Positions 9,545 to 18,830 of a stretch of DNA of 42,726 bases are shown one piece after another. How positions within the stretch are numbered: position 1 is the stretch's first letter; each line of letters begins with the position of its first letter. The position numbers and the translations under genes are program-made. Origin of the DNA: a virus. The stretch lies in the IMG/VR virus record IMGVR_UViG_3300029566_000029; one strand, written 5' to 3'. The notes under the pieces are model-generated. The model ran no database searches and was not told the DNA's origin. It worked only from the letters and a program-made list of their open reading frames with translations.

Positions 9545-10357
9545 ATGCCGAAACCAGTAACAGGTTCTACAAAGGATTATTATGTGAAGCCCGGCACGAC
9601 AACGGCCAACAAGTACGGCGGCAGCCGCAACTATTCCACTGGCAGCAACAAATTCGCCAGCAGTAATGCCGGCAGCAACTCTAATGGCAGTGGCTACAGC
9701 AGTGGAAACCGATACAGCGGCAGTTCCGGCAGTGCGGCAAGTGCAGCAGCGGCAGCGCCTGCCGCGACCAACAGCGGTATGAGTGCTTGGCAGCAGGCAC
9801 AGCAGGCCATTCTTGCCGCGCAGAATGCTGCCGCCGAACAGCTGCGTGCCGCGCAGGAAGCGCAGCGGAGAGCCCGCGAAGAAGCATACCAGAAAGCCGC
9901 TGCGCAGCAGAAAGCAAATTACGACTTTTCTGCCGGGCAGGTAAACGATGCGACCGGCAAAGCATTGCAGGAAGCCTATATAAACCGCATGCTGCAAAAT
10001 AAGAATTTGCAGCAAAGCCTTAGTGCGCAGGGGCTAAACGGCGGTGCAAGCGAGACCACGACCGCCGGTATGTACAACAACTACAACAACGCCCGCAACG
10101 ATTTGGAAACCGAACGCCAGAGCCAGCTTGCAAACCTTTTGAACACCTATCAAAACAACATGGCGCAGTTGGAACAGCAGAGAGCCAGCGGCGCGGCAGC
10201 GGATTTGAGCCAGTACCAGACCGCTTTACAGAACCTTACAGCCGGGAACACGGCGAACCTTATCAGCCTGCTGCAAGGTTACGGCGATATGGCAAGCAGC
10301 GTGCCCGCCACGACCGCGCGTTATAATGCCCAAACCGGGCAGTGGGAATACGTTTAA
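9545..10357 (+). CDS. Low-complexity S/N/G/A/Q-rich virion protein candidate (internal/ejection protein?)
   Basis: Strong RBS TAAGGAGG. It precedes the giant gene and is followed by a terminator. I recognise no enzymatic motif. Confidence 0.5.
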   Translation: MPKPVTGSTKDYYVKPGTTTANKYGGSRNYSTGSNKFASSNAGSNSNGSGYSSGNRYSGSSGSAASAAAAAPAATNSGMSAWQQAQQAILAAQNAAAEQLRAAQEAQRRAREEAYQKAAAQQKANYDFSAGQVNDATGKALQEAYINRMLQNKNLQQSLSAQGLNGGASETTTAGMYNNYNNARNDLETERQSQLANLLNTYQNNMAQLEQQRASGAAADLSQYQTALQNLTAGNTANLISLLQGYGDMASSVPATTARYNAQTGQWEYV

Positions 10358-10363
10358 GACTAT

Positions 10364-10388
10364 GCCGCCCGCAATGGGCGGCTTTTTT
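10364..10388 (+). terminator. Rho-independent terminator
   Basis: GCCGCCC-gcaat-GGGCGGC followed by TTTTTT. Confidence 0.8.
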
Positions 10389-10407
10389 AGCATAAGGAGG
10401 ACACCTG

Positions 10408-13400
10408 ATGGCTAAAATGAGAAGCCGCACCGAAGCGCTTGTAAATGCCTACCTGAACAATTACCAGAATGCAAACGCTGCTACGGTTAGCGGCGGGCGG
10501 AGTGCGCAGCAAATCGCCCAGAGCCGGGGCAGTGCCATTATGAACGCTACCGACAAAACGCTGCCTGCGCTGAAAGATTACAGTGCTGACGTGCTGAACG
10601 GTATTATAAAGAGTGCCGACAATGCGCAGAACACCGCTATCAGCAATTTTAAGCTGGCGAAAAAGCAGATAGAAGCGGAGCAGAAAGCGGCAGAAAAAGC
10701 GGCGAAAGCAGCGGCGAAAAGTTCCGGGAAATCCAGAAGTAAAAAGTCCGGCAAAAAAAGCAGCAGTACGAGCAGCACAGACGATGCCAGCGGCAACAAT
10801 ACATCGCTAAACAGCTTGTTTGGCGGCGCTGCAAGCACCAGTAGCGGCACGACGGGCAGCACAGCAGGCAGCAAGCCTAAGGCAGATGACACGAAAAAGG
10901 ATAGCGAAAAGACAAAGGGAAAGAGCGCGCAGGAAAAGTATCTGGAATCCAAGAAAGCAGGCGCGCGCACGACCGCTGCAAAGAGTTATGCCGAGCGAAA
11001 CGGGACAGGCCGCGTAAGCGCCGCGCAGCCCGCGCAGAGCCGCGCTGTGGCGCGGGGCGGGAAAGTTATCGGCAGCAGTTACGCCGCCGCAGGAAGCGCC
11101 CCCAGCGCGGCAGAGACGCAGGCCGCAAAGAACAAGCGCAACGACTACAAGAGCCGGCAGGAGGACATTGCCGCTGCGCTTAAAAAGCTGCAGAGCGATG
11201 CGGATTACCGTGCCGAGCTGGCTGCTCCGGGCCGCAAGCTGACTGGCGCCGAAATCCAGGCGGTAAAGGAATATAACCAGAAGCCAGGAGACTTGTACAA
11301 GCAAATGCAGGCCGGCGAACTTTCGCTGGATGACTATAACAAACAGGGGCAGGAACTTGCCCGTATGAACCAAAAAGCCGACCTGCACGGGCTGGGGCAG
11401 GATATGCAGGCGTTTACCGCCGGCCTGATGACATCTGTGCCATTTTTGAAACAGGTGGACAGCGCTATTAAAGATTATGGCAACAAAGCCACCAACGGGC
11501 AATACGGGAAATCCCTTGAAAGCGGAGCTGTGGCAGACTTTTTGCCGGCGCTGGAAAACTCTAAGGAACAAAACCGCATTGCTGCCGGTGCTGGCACAAT
11601 GACCGGCAAAGCGGCGCAGTACAGTTTGTTTAATAACCTGATGGAAGGCACGCCGCTTGCGGAGACGATGGGCAAGGTGGGCGGCAAGGTGGCAGGTGCG
11701 GCCAGCAAGGTGCCCGTACTGGGACAATTTGCCACGCCGGCCGCCGGTGAAGCGCTGGGGCGCATTTTGACCGACCAGACGGCTGATACCGTTTTGGATA
11801 CCGTACCAAGCCTTGTGAACGATTTGCAGACCTACGATGACCAGCAGAGCCGCATCAAGAACGGGGAGCAGGTAGACAATGCCCTGACACCCGGGCAGAT
11901 TGGGCTGAACACGCTGGGCAACGTTGCGCAGAACTTTGCGTTTAACGCTATCCCGGAAGTGGGCGGCGCGGTGCTGAACCGGCTGAAAGGCCCCCTTGAA
12001 AATGCCAAAGCGGCCCGGGATGCGCTGGATGTGGAGCAGGCACGCGGCATGGTAGATGCCTATGAGGGCTTGCAGCAGAACAGCATTGCCCGCCCGGCGG
12101 AGGCCCTGAATGATGTGAATACCAGCATCGACTCAGCATCCGCGTTGAAAGACGGAAGTGCTGTGGATGATACCGGCAGATGGGCTGTGCAGAATGCGGA
12201 GAATTTGCCGATTGACGCACAGCTGGCAGAAGCCTACAATAGAGGCAACGGAGGTGTTGTAAATGACAACTTGGGAGCGGGCGTTCGAGCAGACGTTCCC
12301 GGGAACGCTGACGCTGGCGCAGGCATTGAACAGCAACCCGGAGGAACTGGAAGCGGGATTGCTGGACAAGCTGCAGAAGCAGGGATTGGTAGCACCGCGA
12401 GTGGCAACGGAGCAGGAGTACAAGGAACTGCTGCAGAAAACGCTCAAACGGTGGCTGAGTGGGCAAAATCAATAACCGGCAAGAACCGACAGAGCGTGTA
12501 CACACGGCGCATTGAGGACCTGTATGCCCGGATGCAGAACGGGGCCAGCCGGGATGAGCTTTTGGAAGAAGCCGGAAACATTGCCGCCGGAATTGTGAAA
12601 GAGCGGGACTTTGCGGAGCCGCTGGACGAAGCGACAACGGCTTTGCGGGATTACTTTAAATCGACCCCTGTACGTCTGGATGAAAAGGCGGCAGGGGATA
12701 TTTTGTCGGCCAGCGGGCTGAAAAGCATCCAGCAGTACAATTTCCAGAACGGAACCAACTTCTCGCTGACGAAGGGCGTGCCCTATGATTCGGCCATGAT
12801 GGAGCTGGCGGAGATGGGCACCGGCGTAAAGGGAACATCGGTAGATGACCTGATGGCGGCGGTGCAGAGCAGCAATGCAAAACCGCTGGTGGACATTGAT
12901 ATGGCGGCTGCCAGCACGGACTACTACCGGGACGCGATTTTGAACGGGCCGACCGGGCAGGAGATCGGCGGGGAAGATTTTGAGAACTGGCTGAATGTGC
13001 AATCCTTTGACCGAGATGCACCGGATTATGTACAGCGGCTTTTGGAGCGAGATAGCATCCCCGCGTTGAACCAGACTGCGGAGACAGTGAGTGAACCTGT
13101 TCCCGGTATGGGAACTGCGAATAATGCGCGGCAGGTTGTGCAGGAACAGCCGCTGAACGGCAGCGAGAGTGTACCGAAAAATGCCATTGGTGCGGAAGAA
13201 ACGCAGTATAACAGGGCGGAAGTGCTGAACCAGGACTACGCCAACCAGCGTGTAATGCGGGGCGACATGGATGCCCAGACCGCCGCAGAGCTTGGCATTG
13301 GCGAGCAGACCCACACCGTTTACAGCCGGGCAGAAGGGCGCGACACAGCAGCCCAGGACTTTGATGTACTGGTGCAGCAGACCGGCAGTGTGACCGGAGC

Positions 13401-16400
13401 CGGACGCACAGTGGCAGATGAGCTGAACAGGAAAATCCAGAATGGGCAATGGGATGCTTCCGATGTGTACGCGGGCAGCCATGCGGCAGAACAGCTGCGC
13501 CAGCGTTTGGCAGAACTTCCGGAAGGCAGCGCGGAAGCCGATGTAGTGAAAGCCCAAATTGCGAATATCAACCGCGCCGTAAGCGCCGGGCAGAGCAAGG
13601 CCGGACAGGCACTTGTTTCCGGACGATATGCGCAGCCTGACGAATACAGCGGAATCCGGCGGTTTGAACAGTACACACAGAACAGTGTTGACCGCTTTGC
13701 CAATACGCGGCAGGGTCAACAGCTGCACGATGTAGCGCAGGAAGTTGCCGACACGATGAATGGGCCGATGGATGATGAGTTCACGGCCTTTGTGCATGGT
13801 CAGGGCGTGGACACCGGCGATGATGTGCGTGACCAGCTTGAGTATATGGCCGAGCAAATTCAACGCATGGGCCGCGCACGCAACGTAAACATCAACGAGG
13901 AACAGGCCAGAGCTGCCGCAGCCAGACTGCAGGCAGGTGGCACCGCCGAAGACATTTACGGTGCGTTTGCACGGCAGGCCCTTGGCATCGGCGATTTAAG
14001 TCAGGAAGATTTAGACTATGCCGTTGACACTTTCCGCCGGATTTCGGACATGCCGGACAGCCGGGAGCGTTACGACCTTGAGATGAGTGTTTACGGCCGC
14101 ATGGCAAACTATATGCCTGCGCGCGGGTTTGCAGACAGACTGAATAACATCCGTTACCTGTGCATGCTTGGAAACAGCCGCACGCACATCCGTAACCTGA
14201 TGGGCAATGTCATGATGGGCACGGTAACGCGCGCAAAGGACAATATTGCGGGCGTAATGCAGCTTGCCTTGCCGCAGAACGAACGTACGAAAGCTGTCGG
14301 CACAATGCTAACTGCGGATGGGCGGCGAATGGTAAACCGCGCCAGAGACTACGCGGATAACCAGATGTACAGCATACTGTATCAGGATGGCCGCTGGAAC
14401 ATGGATACCGGGCTGCAGGCCGCACGAAACACCTACACCACGCCTGTTGGGCGAGCGATCGGGCGTTTAAGCGACATCAACGGCGGCGCGCTGGAAGCAG
14501 AGGATAATTTCTTTTTGCGCAGCGCGTTCGGCAACAGCATGGCAAGCTTTTTAAAAGCACGCGGGTATGACAGCAGCATTTTTGACGCTACGAATGAACA
14601 CAGCCGGGCTGTACTGCGGCAGGCTGCGGCGCAAGCGCTTGAAGATGCGCGGGAAGCTACATTCCACGAGGACAACTTTTTGAGCACGGCGTTCCGCAAT
14701 TTTTCAAACGATACGCGGCGGCACGGCCCGGCCGGGCAGCTTGCTTATGCGGTGACGGAAGGCATTTTGCCGTTTAAGAAAACGCCCATCAACATTGCAA
14801 AGAACGCATTGGAGTACAACCCTGTCGGCGGAGCTGTTGAAGCGATCTACCGTGGGGCTACCGGGCAGGGCGCAACGCGGGTCATGGACGCTGCAGCAAA
14901 GGGTGTAACCGGCACAGCAATTTTAGGCGCCGGTTATTTGCTTGCCAAGAATGGTATGCTGACCGGCGGTGCGAGCGGAGATGACCGCGCCGACAACTAC
15001 AATGAAATGCTGGGCGACCAGAATTATGCTGTAAAAATACCCGGGAAGGGGACTTACACGCTGGACTGGGCGAGTCCTTCGAGCGTGCCGCTGTTGATTG
15101 GTGCGCAGATTGCTAAAGACCAGGAAGACGGCGGAGAGTTTAATTTGACGCAGACGCTGGACAGGATGCGCCAGATTACGCAGCCCGTACTAGAAACCAC
15201 GATGCTGCAAGGCTTGAATGACACGCTGGACAGTGTAAGCTATGCAGATTCCAATGACAAGTTGGCAACGCTTGCGACAAGCGCACTGGGCAGCTTTGCA
15301 AACCAGTTTGTGCCTACGGCTTTAGGACAGGTGGCGCGGACGGTGGACGATACCCGGCGCAGCAGCTACGGCGGTGGCGACACAAAGACCGAACGGGATA
15401 TTGGGTACAATATCCGCAAGATGGAGAGCAAAATCCCCGGGCTGAGCAAAGAAAGTGAGCCGTACATTGACCAGTGGGGCCGCGAAGAGGCAAGTCTTGA
15501 CGGAACGGACGATTCAGCGGGAGGCACGTTCCTGCGCGGTGCGTACAACATGCTTAGCCCCGGTTATGTGAGCGCCGAAAACATTACCCCGGTTGACGAG
15601 TACCTGCAGGGGCTGTACGGCAGTACGAACGACAGCCATGTCTTGCCTGAAAAAGCCAGCAGCAAAATTACCGTTGATAGCAAAGACTACTACATGACCC
15701 CGGAGGAAAAGACCGAGTATGCCAAGACGAGCGGGCAGACGGCCTATGACATTATCGACAGTCTGCGGCAGAACGATATGTTTTTGAAGCTGCCGGAGGA
15801 CCAGCAAAGTGCACTTGTGCAGGAAGCATACAGCGTTGCCAAGACCGTTGGCGGCGTGGCGGCTGTGGGTGACGGCGTGAGCGGCACGAACTCGAAAGCC
15901 TACGAAGCGTATCAGCAGGGCGGCGTTCCGACGCTGAAAAGCTATCTGCTTGCCAAAAACGCAACAGATATTGCCAGGGATGAAAAGCGAGAGGCGACAG
16001 GGAGCGATACTGCGAGCCTGGACACGGTGGAGACATGGAATACACTGTACTCGCAGTTTGGTGATGATGCAGTAAGCAACTTTGTAAACAGCACCAGTAA
16101 GGACAGCGTGGTACGCAACATTAGCAACCTTGCCGGAGATAAAGCGGTCACCGCGTACATGCAATCTTACAGCGCTGTTTCAAAAACGCTGGACGATGGG
16201 CAGACACCGGACAAGTTTACGGTCGGTTACGGTATGCAGAAATACGGCCTGAGCGGAAATGACTTTGCCAAAGCATACCTTGCGGCCTATTACAAGAAGA
16301 CCAAAGACGGCAGTTACCCGGATAAGGGCAGCTCTTACGTAGATAAGGCAGGCGCGAACATTTACCAGCAGTACGGTGCGGATGCTCTGCAAAGCTGGGT

Positions 16401-16551
16401 AAACTACCGCGCTACCATTGAGGACGCGAACGGCAACGGCAAAGTCGATAAAGACGAGGCTGTTGCCCGGCTGAACGAAATGAGCCTTACGAACGAACTG
16501 CGCCGCGCCTACCTTACGAACACAAACAAAAGCTGGAAGAATCCCTATTGA
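10408..16551 (+). CDS. Giant 2047-aa virion-associated multidomain protein (internal/ejection or polyvalent-type protein candidate)
   Basis: RBS TAAGGAGG is followed by a single uninterrupted ORF. The N-terminus is K/S-rich and low in complexity. A canonical EF-hand loop DANGNGKVDKDE is encoded at 16423-16458. No tape-measure context is present, because there are no tube or sheath genes. Confidence 0.7.
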   Translation: MAKMRSRTEALVNAYLNNYQNANAATVSGGRSAQQIAQSRGSAIMNATDKTLPALKDYSADVLNGIIKSADNAQNTAISNFKLAKKQIEAEQKAAEKAAKAAAKSSGKSRSKKSGKKSSSTSSTDDASGNNTSLNSLFGGAASTSSGTTGSTAGSKPKADDTKKDSEKTKGKSAQEKYLESKKAGARTTAAKSYAERNGTGRVSAAQPAQSRAVARGGKVIGSSYAAAGSAPSAAETQAAKNKRNDYKSRQEDIAAALKKLQSDADYRAELAAPGRKLTGAEIQAVKEYNQKPGDLYKQMQAGELSLDDYNKQGQELARMNQKADLHGLGQDMQAFTAGLMTSVPFLKQVDSAIKDYGNKATNGQYGKSLESGAVADFLPALENSKEQNRIAAGAGTMTGKAAQYSLFNNLMEGTPLAETMGKVGGKVAGAASKVPVLGQFATPAAGEALGRILTDQTADTVLDTVPSLVNDLQTYDDQQSRIKNGEQVDNALTPGQIGLNTLGNVAQNFAFNAIPEVGGAVLNRLKGPLENAKAARDALDVEQARGMVDAYEGLQQNSIARPAEALNDVNTSIDSASALKDGSAVDDTGRWAVQNAENLPIDAQLAEAYNRGNGGVVNDNLGAGVRADVPGNADAGAGIEQQPGGTGSGIAGQAAEAGIGSTASGNGAGVQGTAAENAQTVAEWAKSITGKNRQSVYTRRIEDLYARMQNGASRDELLEEAGNIAAGIVKERDFAEPLDEATTALRDYFKSTPVRLDEKAAGDILSASGLKSIQQYNFQNGTNFSLTKGVPYDSAMMELAEMGTGVKGTSVDDLMAAVQSSNAKPLVDIDMAAASTDYYRDAILNGPTGQEIGGEDFENWLNVQSFDRDAPDYVQRLLERDSIPALNQTAETVSEPVPGMGTANNARQVVQEQPLNGSESVPKNAIGAEETQYNRAEVLNQDYANQRVMRGDMDAQTAAELGIGEQTHTVYSRAEGRDTAAQDFDVLVQQTGSVTGAGRTVADELNRKIQNGQWDASDVYAGSHAAEQLRQRLAELPEGSAEADVVKAQIANINRAVSAGQSKAGQALVSGRYAQPDEYSGIRRFEQYTQNSVDRFANTRQGQQLHDVAQEVADTMNGPMDDEFTAFVHGQGVDTGDDVRDQLEYMAEQIQRMGRARNVNINEEQARAAAARLQAGGTAEDIYGAFARQALGIGDLSQEDLDYAVDTFRRISDMPDSRERYDLEMSVYGRMANYMPARGFADRLNNIRYLCMLGNSRTHIRNLMGNVMMGTVTRAKDNIAGVMQLALPQNERTKAVGTMLTADGRRMVNRARDYADNQMYSILYQDGRWNMDTGLQAARNTYTTPVGRAIGRLSDINGGALEAEDNFFLRSAFGNSMASFLKARGYDSSIFDATNEHSRAVLRQAAAQALEDAREATFHEDNFLSTAFRNFSNDTRRHGPAGQLAYAVTEGILPFKKTPINIAKNALEYNPVGGAVEAIYRGATGQGATRVMDAAAKGVTGTAILGAGYLLAKNGMLTGGASGDDRADNYNEMLGDQNYAVKIPGKGTYTLDWASPSSVPLLIGAQIAKDQEDGGEFNLTQTLDRMRQITQPVLETTMLQGLNDTLDSVSYADSNDKLATLATSALGSFANQFVPTALGQVARTVDDTRRSSYGGGDTKTERDIGYNIRKMESKIPGLSKESEPYIDQWGREEASLDGTDDSAGGTFLRGAYNMLSPGYVSAENITPVDEYLQGLYGSTNDSHVLPEKASSKITVDSKDYYMTPEEKTEYAKTSGQTAYDIIDSLRQNDMFLKLPEDQQSALVQEAYSVAKTVGGVAAVGDGVSGTNSKAYEAYQQGGVPTLKSYLLAKNATDIARDEKREATGSDTASLDTVETWNTLYSQFGDDAVSNFVNSTSKDSVVRNISNLAGDKAVTAYMQSYSAVSKTLDDGQTPDKFTVGYGMQKYGLSGNDFAKAYLAAYYKKTKDGSYPDKGSSYVDKAGANIYQQYGADALQSWVNYRATIEDANGNGKVDKDEAVARLNEMSLTNELRRAYLTNTNKSWKNPY

Positions 16552-16559
16552 GGTGAAGC

Positions 16560-16748
16560 ATGAAGTTTGATTTTTGTATGAGCCGGGACGAGTATGACGA
16601 CCTGGTGTTCAGCCTGACAGACGACGAGAGGGAAGTGCTGGACATGCGGCGGCATGGACGGCGCAACGCTGAAATAGCAGCGGAAATGAACTGCTGTGAG
16701 CGGACAGTGAACCGGCATGTAAAAAGCATTAAGAACAAATGGAAATAA
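16560..16748 (+). CDS. Small sigma-70 region-4 / LuxR-type HTH regulator
   Basis: LTDDEREVLDMRRHGRRNAEIAAEMNCCERTVNRHVKSIKNK has the L-[ST]-x-x-E-x-x-V...I-A-x-x-x-x-x-S-x-x-T-V pattern. The RBS is GAGGTGA. Confidence 0.65.
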   Translation: MKFDFCMSRDEYDDLVFSLTDDEREVLDMRRHGRRNAEIAAEMNCCERTVNRHVKSIKNKWK

Positions 16749-16760
16749 CCACCTGATTTT

Positions 16761-16806
16761 GCGGGGGCAATGTGCTGAAAAGGCATGTTGCCCCCGCTTT
16801 TTGTTT
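16761..16806 (+). terminator. Rho-independent terminator
   Basis: GCGGGGGCAA...TTGCCCCCGC (10 bp) followed by TTTTTGTTTT. Confidence 0.8.
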
Positions 16807-16920
16807 TGGCGCAAAGATGGCGTGAAGGCGGCGCGTTAGTGGCCTACAGGAGAACCATATACACGGTATACTATAAGTACCATAAGCGCTATGGAAATTA
16901 TTACGAAAGGAACCTGAACT

Positions 16921-17484
16921 ATGGAATTGAATTATGCTTCCAAAGGCGTTGCCAATGCTGGCCTTGCCACCGGCATTATCGGCACCAGCCTGGGGGCCCT
17001 GAATGCGCTTGGCGGCATGGGCGCACTTACAGGTGTGATTGGCCCGCGCGGCACTTGCAGCGAAGACCACACCATCAACCGCTATGAGCTGGCGCAGGAG
17101 CGGAAAATTGCAGAATTGCAGAGCCAGATCGCGTTGCGGGATGCCAACACCTACGGCGACCAGAAAATGCTGGAAATGTACAAGTACATTGACGGCAAGC
17201 TGAGTGCCATTGACACGAAATTCTGTGAGCAGGCTGTGCACAACCAGCGCACGGAGGACAGCTTTACGCTGGCGCGGCAGGACATTGCATCGGTGCGCAG
17301 TGAGCTTGACCAGAAGATCAAGCTGGAAGCCGAGCGCCGTTGCTGCGGTGATAACTCCATCGTGACTTACGCAAACGCTACCTTCTACCCGAAGATGGTT
17401 GCGGACGTTACTGTCGGCACCGCCACGACTGCGCAGACGCTGTACAATCCGCTGCCCAAATGTGGCTGCGATTGCAACAGCTGA
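16921..17484 (+). CDS. Glycine-zipper / coiled-coil / C-terminal Cys-cluster protein, unknown function
   Basis: The N-terminal segment is GLATGIIGTSLGALNALGGMGALTGVIG. A central heptad-like segment follows. The C-terminus carries RRCCG and KCGCDCNS. Terminators flank the gene on both sides. Confidence 0.6.
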   Translation: MELNYASKGVANAGLATGIIGTSLGALNALGGMGALTGVIGPRGTCSEDHTINRYELAQERKIAELQSQIALRDANTYGDQKMLEMYKYIDGKLSAIDTKFCEQAVHNQRTEDSFTLARQDIASVRSELDQKIKLEAERRCCGDNSIVTYANATFYPKMVADVTVGTATTAQTLYNPLPKCGCDCNS

Positions 17485-17490
17485 ACGCGA

Positions 17491-17518
17491 GGGGGCGGCA
17501 ACAGCCGCCCCTTTATCT
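17491..17518 (+). terminator. Rho-independent terminator
   Basis: GGGGCGGC-aaca-GCCGCCCC followed by TTTATCTT. Confidence 0.7.
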
Positions 17519-17538
17519 TATGATGCGAGGTGTATCAC

Positions 17539-17880
17539 ATGGTCAGTATCGAGAAAGTACAGCGCGGCATTGCCGCCTACATGGAGCAGGAAATCATTGC
17601 CAGGTTGCCGGAAGGCAGTCTTGGAAAAGCAGCGGCAAAGGGTGCAAAGTTCGTGTTTTTGGCACGGAGCAAACAGGCTCTTGATACGCTGGCACAAAAC
17701 CCGGTTGCAAAAGCGTTCGGGCTTGCAGACACCGGGGAACTGGACGTGGATATGGCGTGCGATGCGGCAAAAGAAGCCATTGGGGACAGCGGGCTTACCG
17801 TTACTTTGCCTGTGCTTGGCAGCCTTACTTTTTACCCTGCTGATGTGGATACGCTGAAACGCATGATCGTGAGTGCATAA
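17539..17880 (+). CDS. Hypothetical protein (113 aa)
   Basis: ATG 17539 lies 6 nt after GCGAGGTG; the track uses an upstream GTG at 17530. Confidence 0.6.
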   Translation: MVSIEKVQRGIAAYMEQEIIARLPEGSLGKAAAKGAKFVFLARSKQALDTLAQNPVAKAFGLADTGELDVDMACDAAKEAIGDSGLTVTLPVLGSLTFYPADVDTLKRMIVSA

Positions 17881-17889
17881 GGAGCCAAC

Positions 17890-18330
17890 ATGAACTATCT
17901 TGAAAAGCTGGAAGCGGAAAAGCTCAATTACATGGAGCTGCCTGTAACGCTGGGCAGCATGGAGATGATCCGCGAGATTGAAAAGACAAAAGAATGCTTG
18001 CATTGCAGCCGAACCGGAGAAGAACTTACCCGGGAAGACGCAGAAACATGGCAGCGCCACATGCAGAACGCCGACGGCACAACGGGTGCCCATTGGGAAC
18101 CGGAACAGACCCGCGTGTATATGGAATCCCGCGGAGTTGACTGCGAGGTTTGGAAGTGGGCCGCTGTGATGAACATGATGTACAGCGACTACTGCAAGGC
18201 CGCACGCAAGAACAGCGTGGACCGGCCGGAGTTTTATGCAGATCTTGCGGCGGCGTTTTTGGAGGACAAGGACGCGCCGGAGGACAAGGCCGGGCGGTAT
18301 TACCACAGTATTGCGGCAGTGCAGGAATAA
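17890..18330 (+). CDS. Hypothetical protein (146 aa)
   Basis: RBS TAAGGAG. It is the last gene of the plus-strand block and ends at the bidirectional terminator. Confidence 0.65.
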   Translation: MNYLEKLEAEKLNYMELPVTLGSMEMIREIEKTKECLHCSRTGEELTREDAETWQRHMQNADGTTGAHWEPEQTRVYMESRGVDCEVWKWAAVMNMMYSDYCKAARKNSVDRPEFYADLAAAFLEDKDAPEDKAGRYYHSIAAVQE

Positions 18331-18336
18331 AAAATC

Positions 18337-18375
18337 AGCCCGCAGCTGACGAGGATTTTTCGTCAGCTGCGGGCT
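18337..18375. terminator. Bidirectional terminator between the convergent late and early blocks
   Basis: A perfect 15-bp stem, AGCCCGCAGCTGACG / CGTCAGCTGCGGGCT, has an A-run upstream and Ts downstream. Confidence 0.85.
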
Positions 18376-18383
18376 TTGCTGTG

Positions 18384-18830
18384 TCATGGGAGAATATCAA
18401 GTTCCCATCCGGAGGGAAGTTCTAAGAGAAACAAGCCGGTGCGTTCCTGGGCACGTACCCAGAAATCAGAGCGGTTCAGTTCTTTTGCTGTATCCCGGCG
18501 CGATTTGCCCTCAAAGTAAATGGCAATCAGGACGGATTGCTGGTCGGAGTTGAGGGGTTTCATAGCTTCGTGCCGCTTGGAATAGGCTGTGTTCATCTCG
18601 GCGCGGGCACGGCAGTACCGGACATAGGCTTTATCGTACCGCTCTGCCAGGCGGGCCACCGGGTCGGAGCGGGCGTTGCCTTTTGGCATACCATCGGCAG
18701 GGTGAGCCGACATGGCGGCGTTGGATTCATAGAATTTGTCGCGGGCCTCGATGAAGGCTTTCTGATAGGCGGCGTATTTTTCCATCCATTTTTGACGCTG
18801 GGTGTTGCCGCAGGGTACATTATTTTCCAT
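18384..18830 (-). CDS. RinA/ArpU-like late transcriptional activator candidate (sigma region-4-like HTH)
   Basis: The start is taken at MENNVPCG (ATG 18830, GGAGGG RBS), overlapping the upstream gene by 11 nt. The C-terminus SDQQSVLIAIYFEGKSRRDTAKELNRSDFWV resembles sigma r4 and phage activator HTHs. It is the last gene of the early operon. Confidence 0.55.
   Translation of the reverse strand: MENNVPCGNTQRQKWMEKYAAYQKAFIEARDKFYESNAAMSAHPADGMPKGNARSDPVARLAERYDKAYVRYCRARAEMNTAYSKRHEAMKPLNSDQQSVLIAIYFEGKSRRDTAKELNRSDFWVRAQERTGLFLLELPSGWELDILP

Noticed and set aside
12469-13863. 464-aa minus-strand ORF inside the giant gene. Similar antisense ORFs occur at 10807..11727, 11948..12637 and 15514..16164.
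   Set aside because: They are antisense to an uninterrupted 2047-aa ORF in GC-rich DNA. They have no RBS, and their composition is Arg/Leu/His-rich as expected for the reverse frame.
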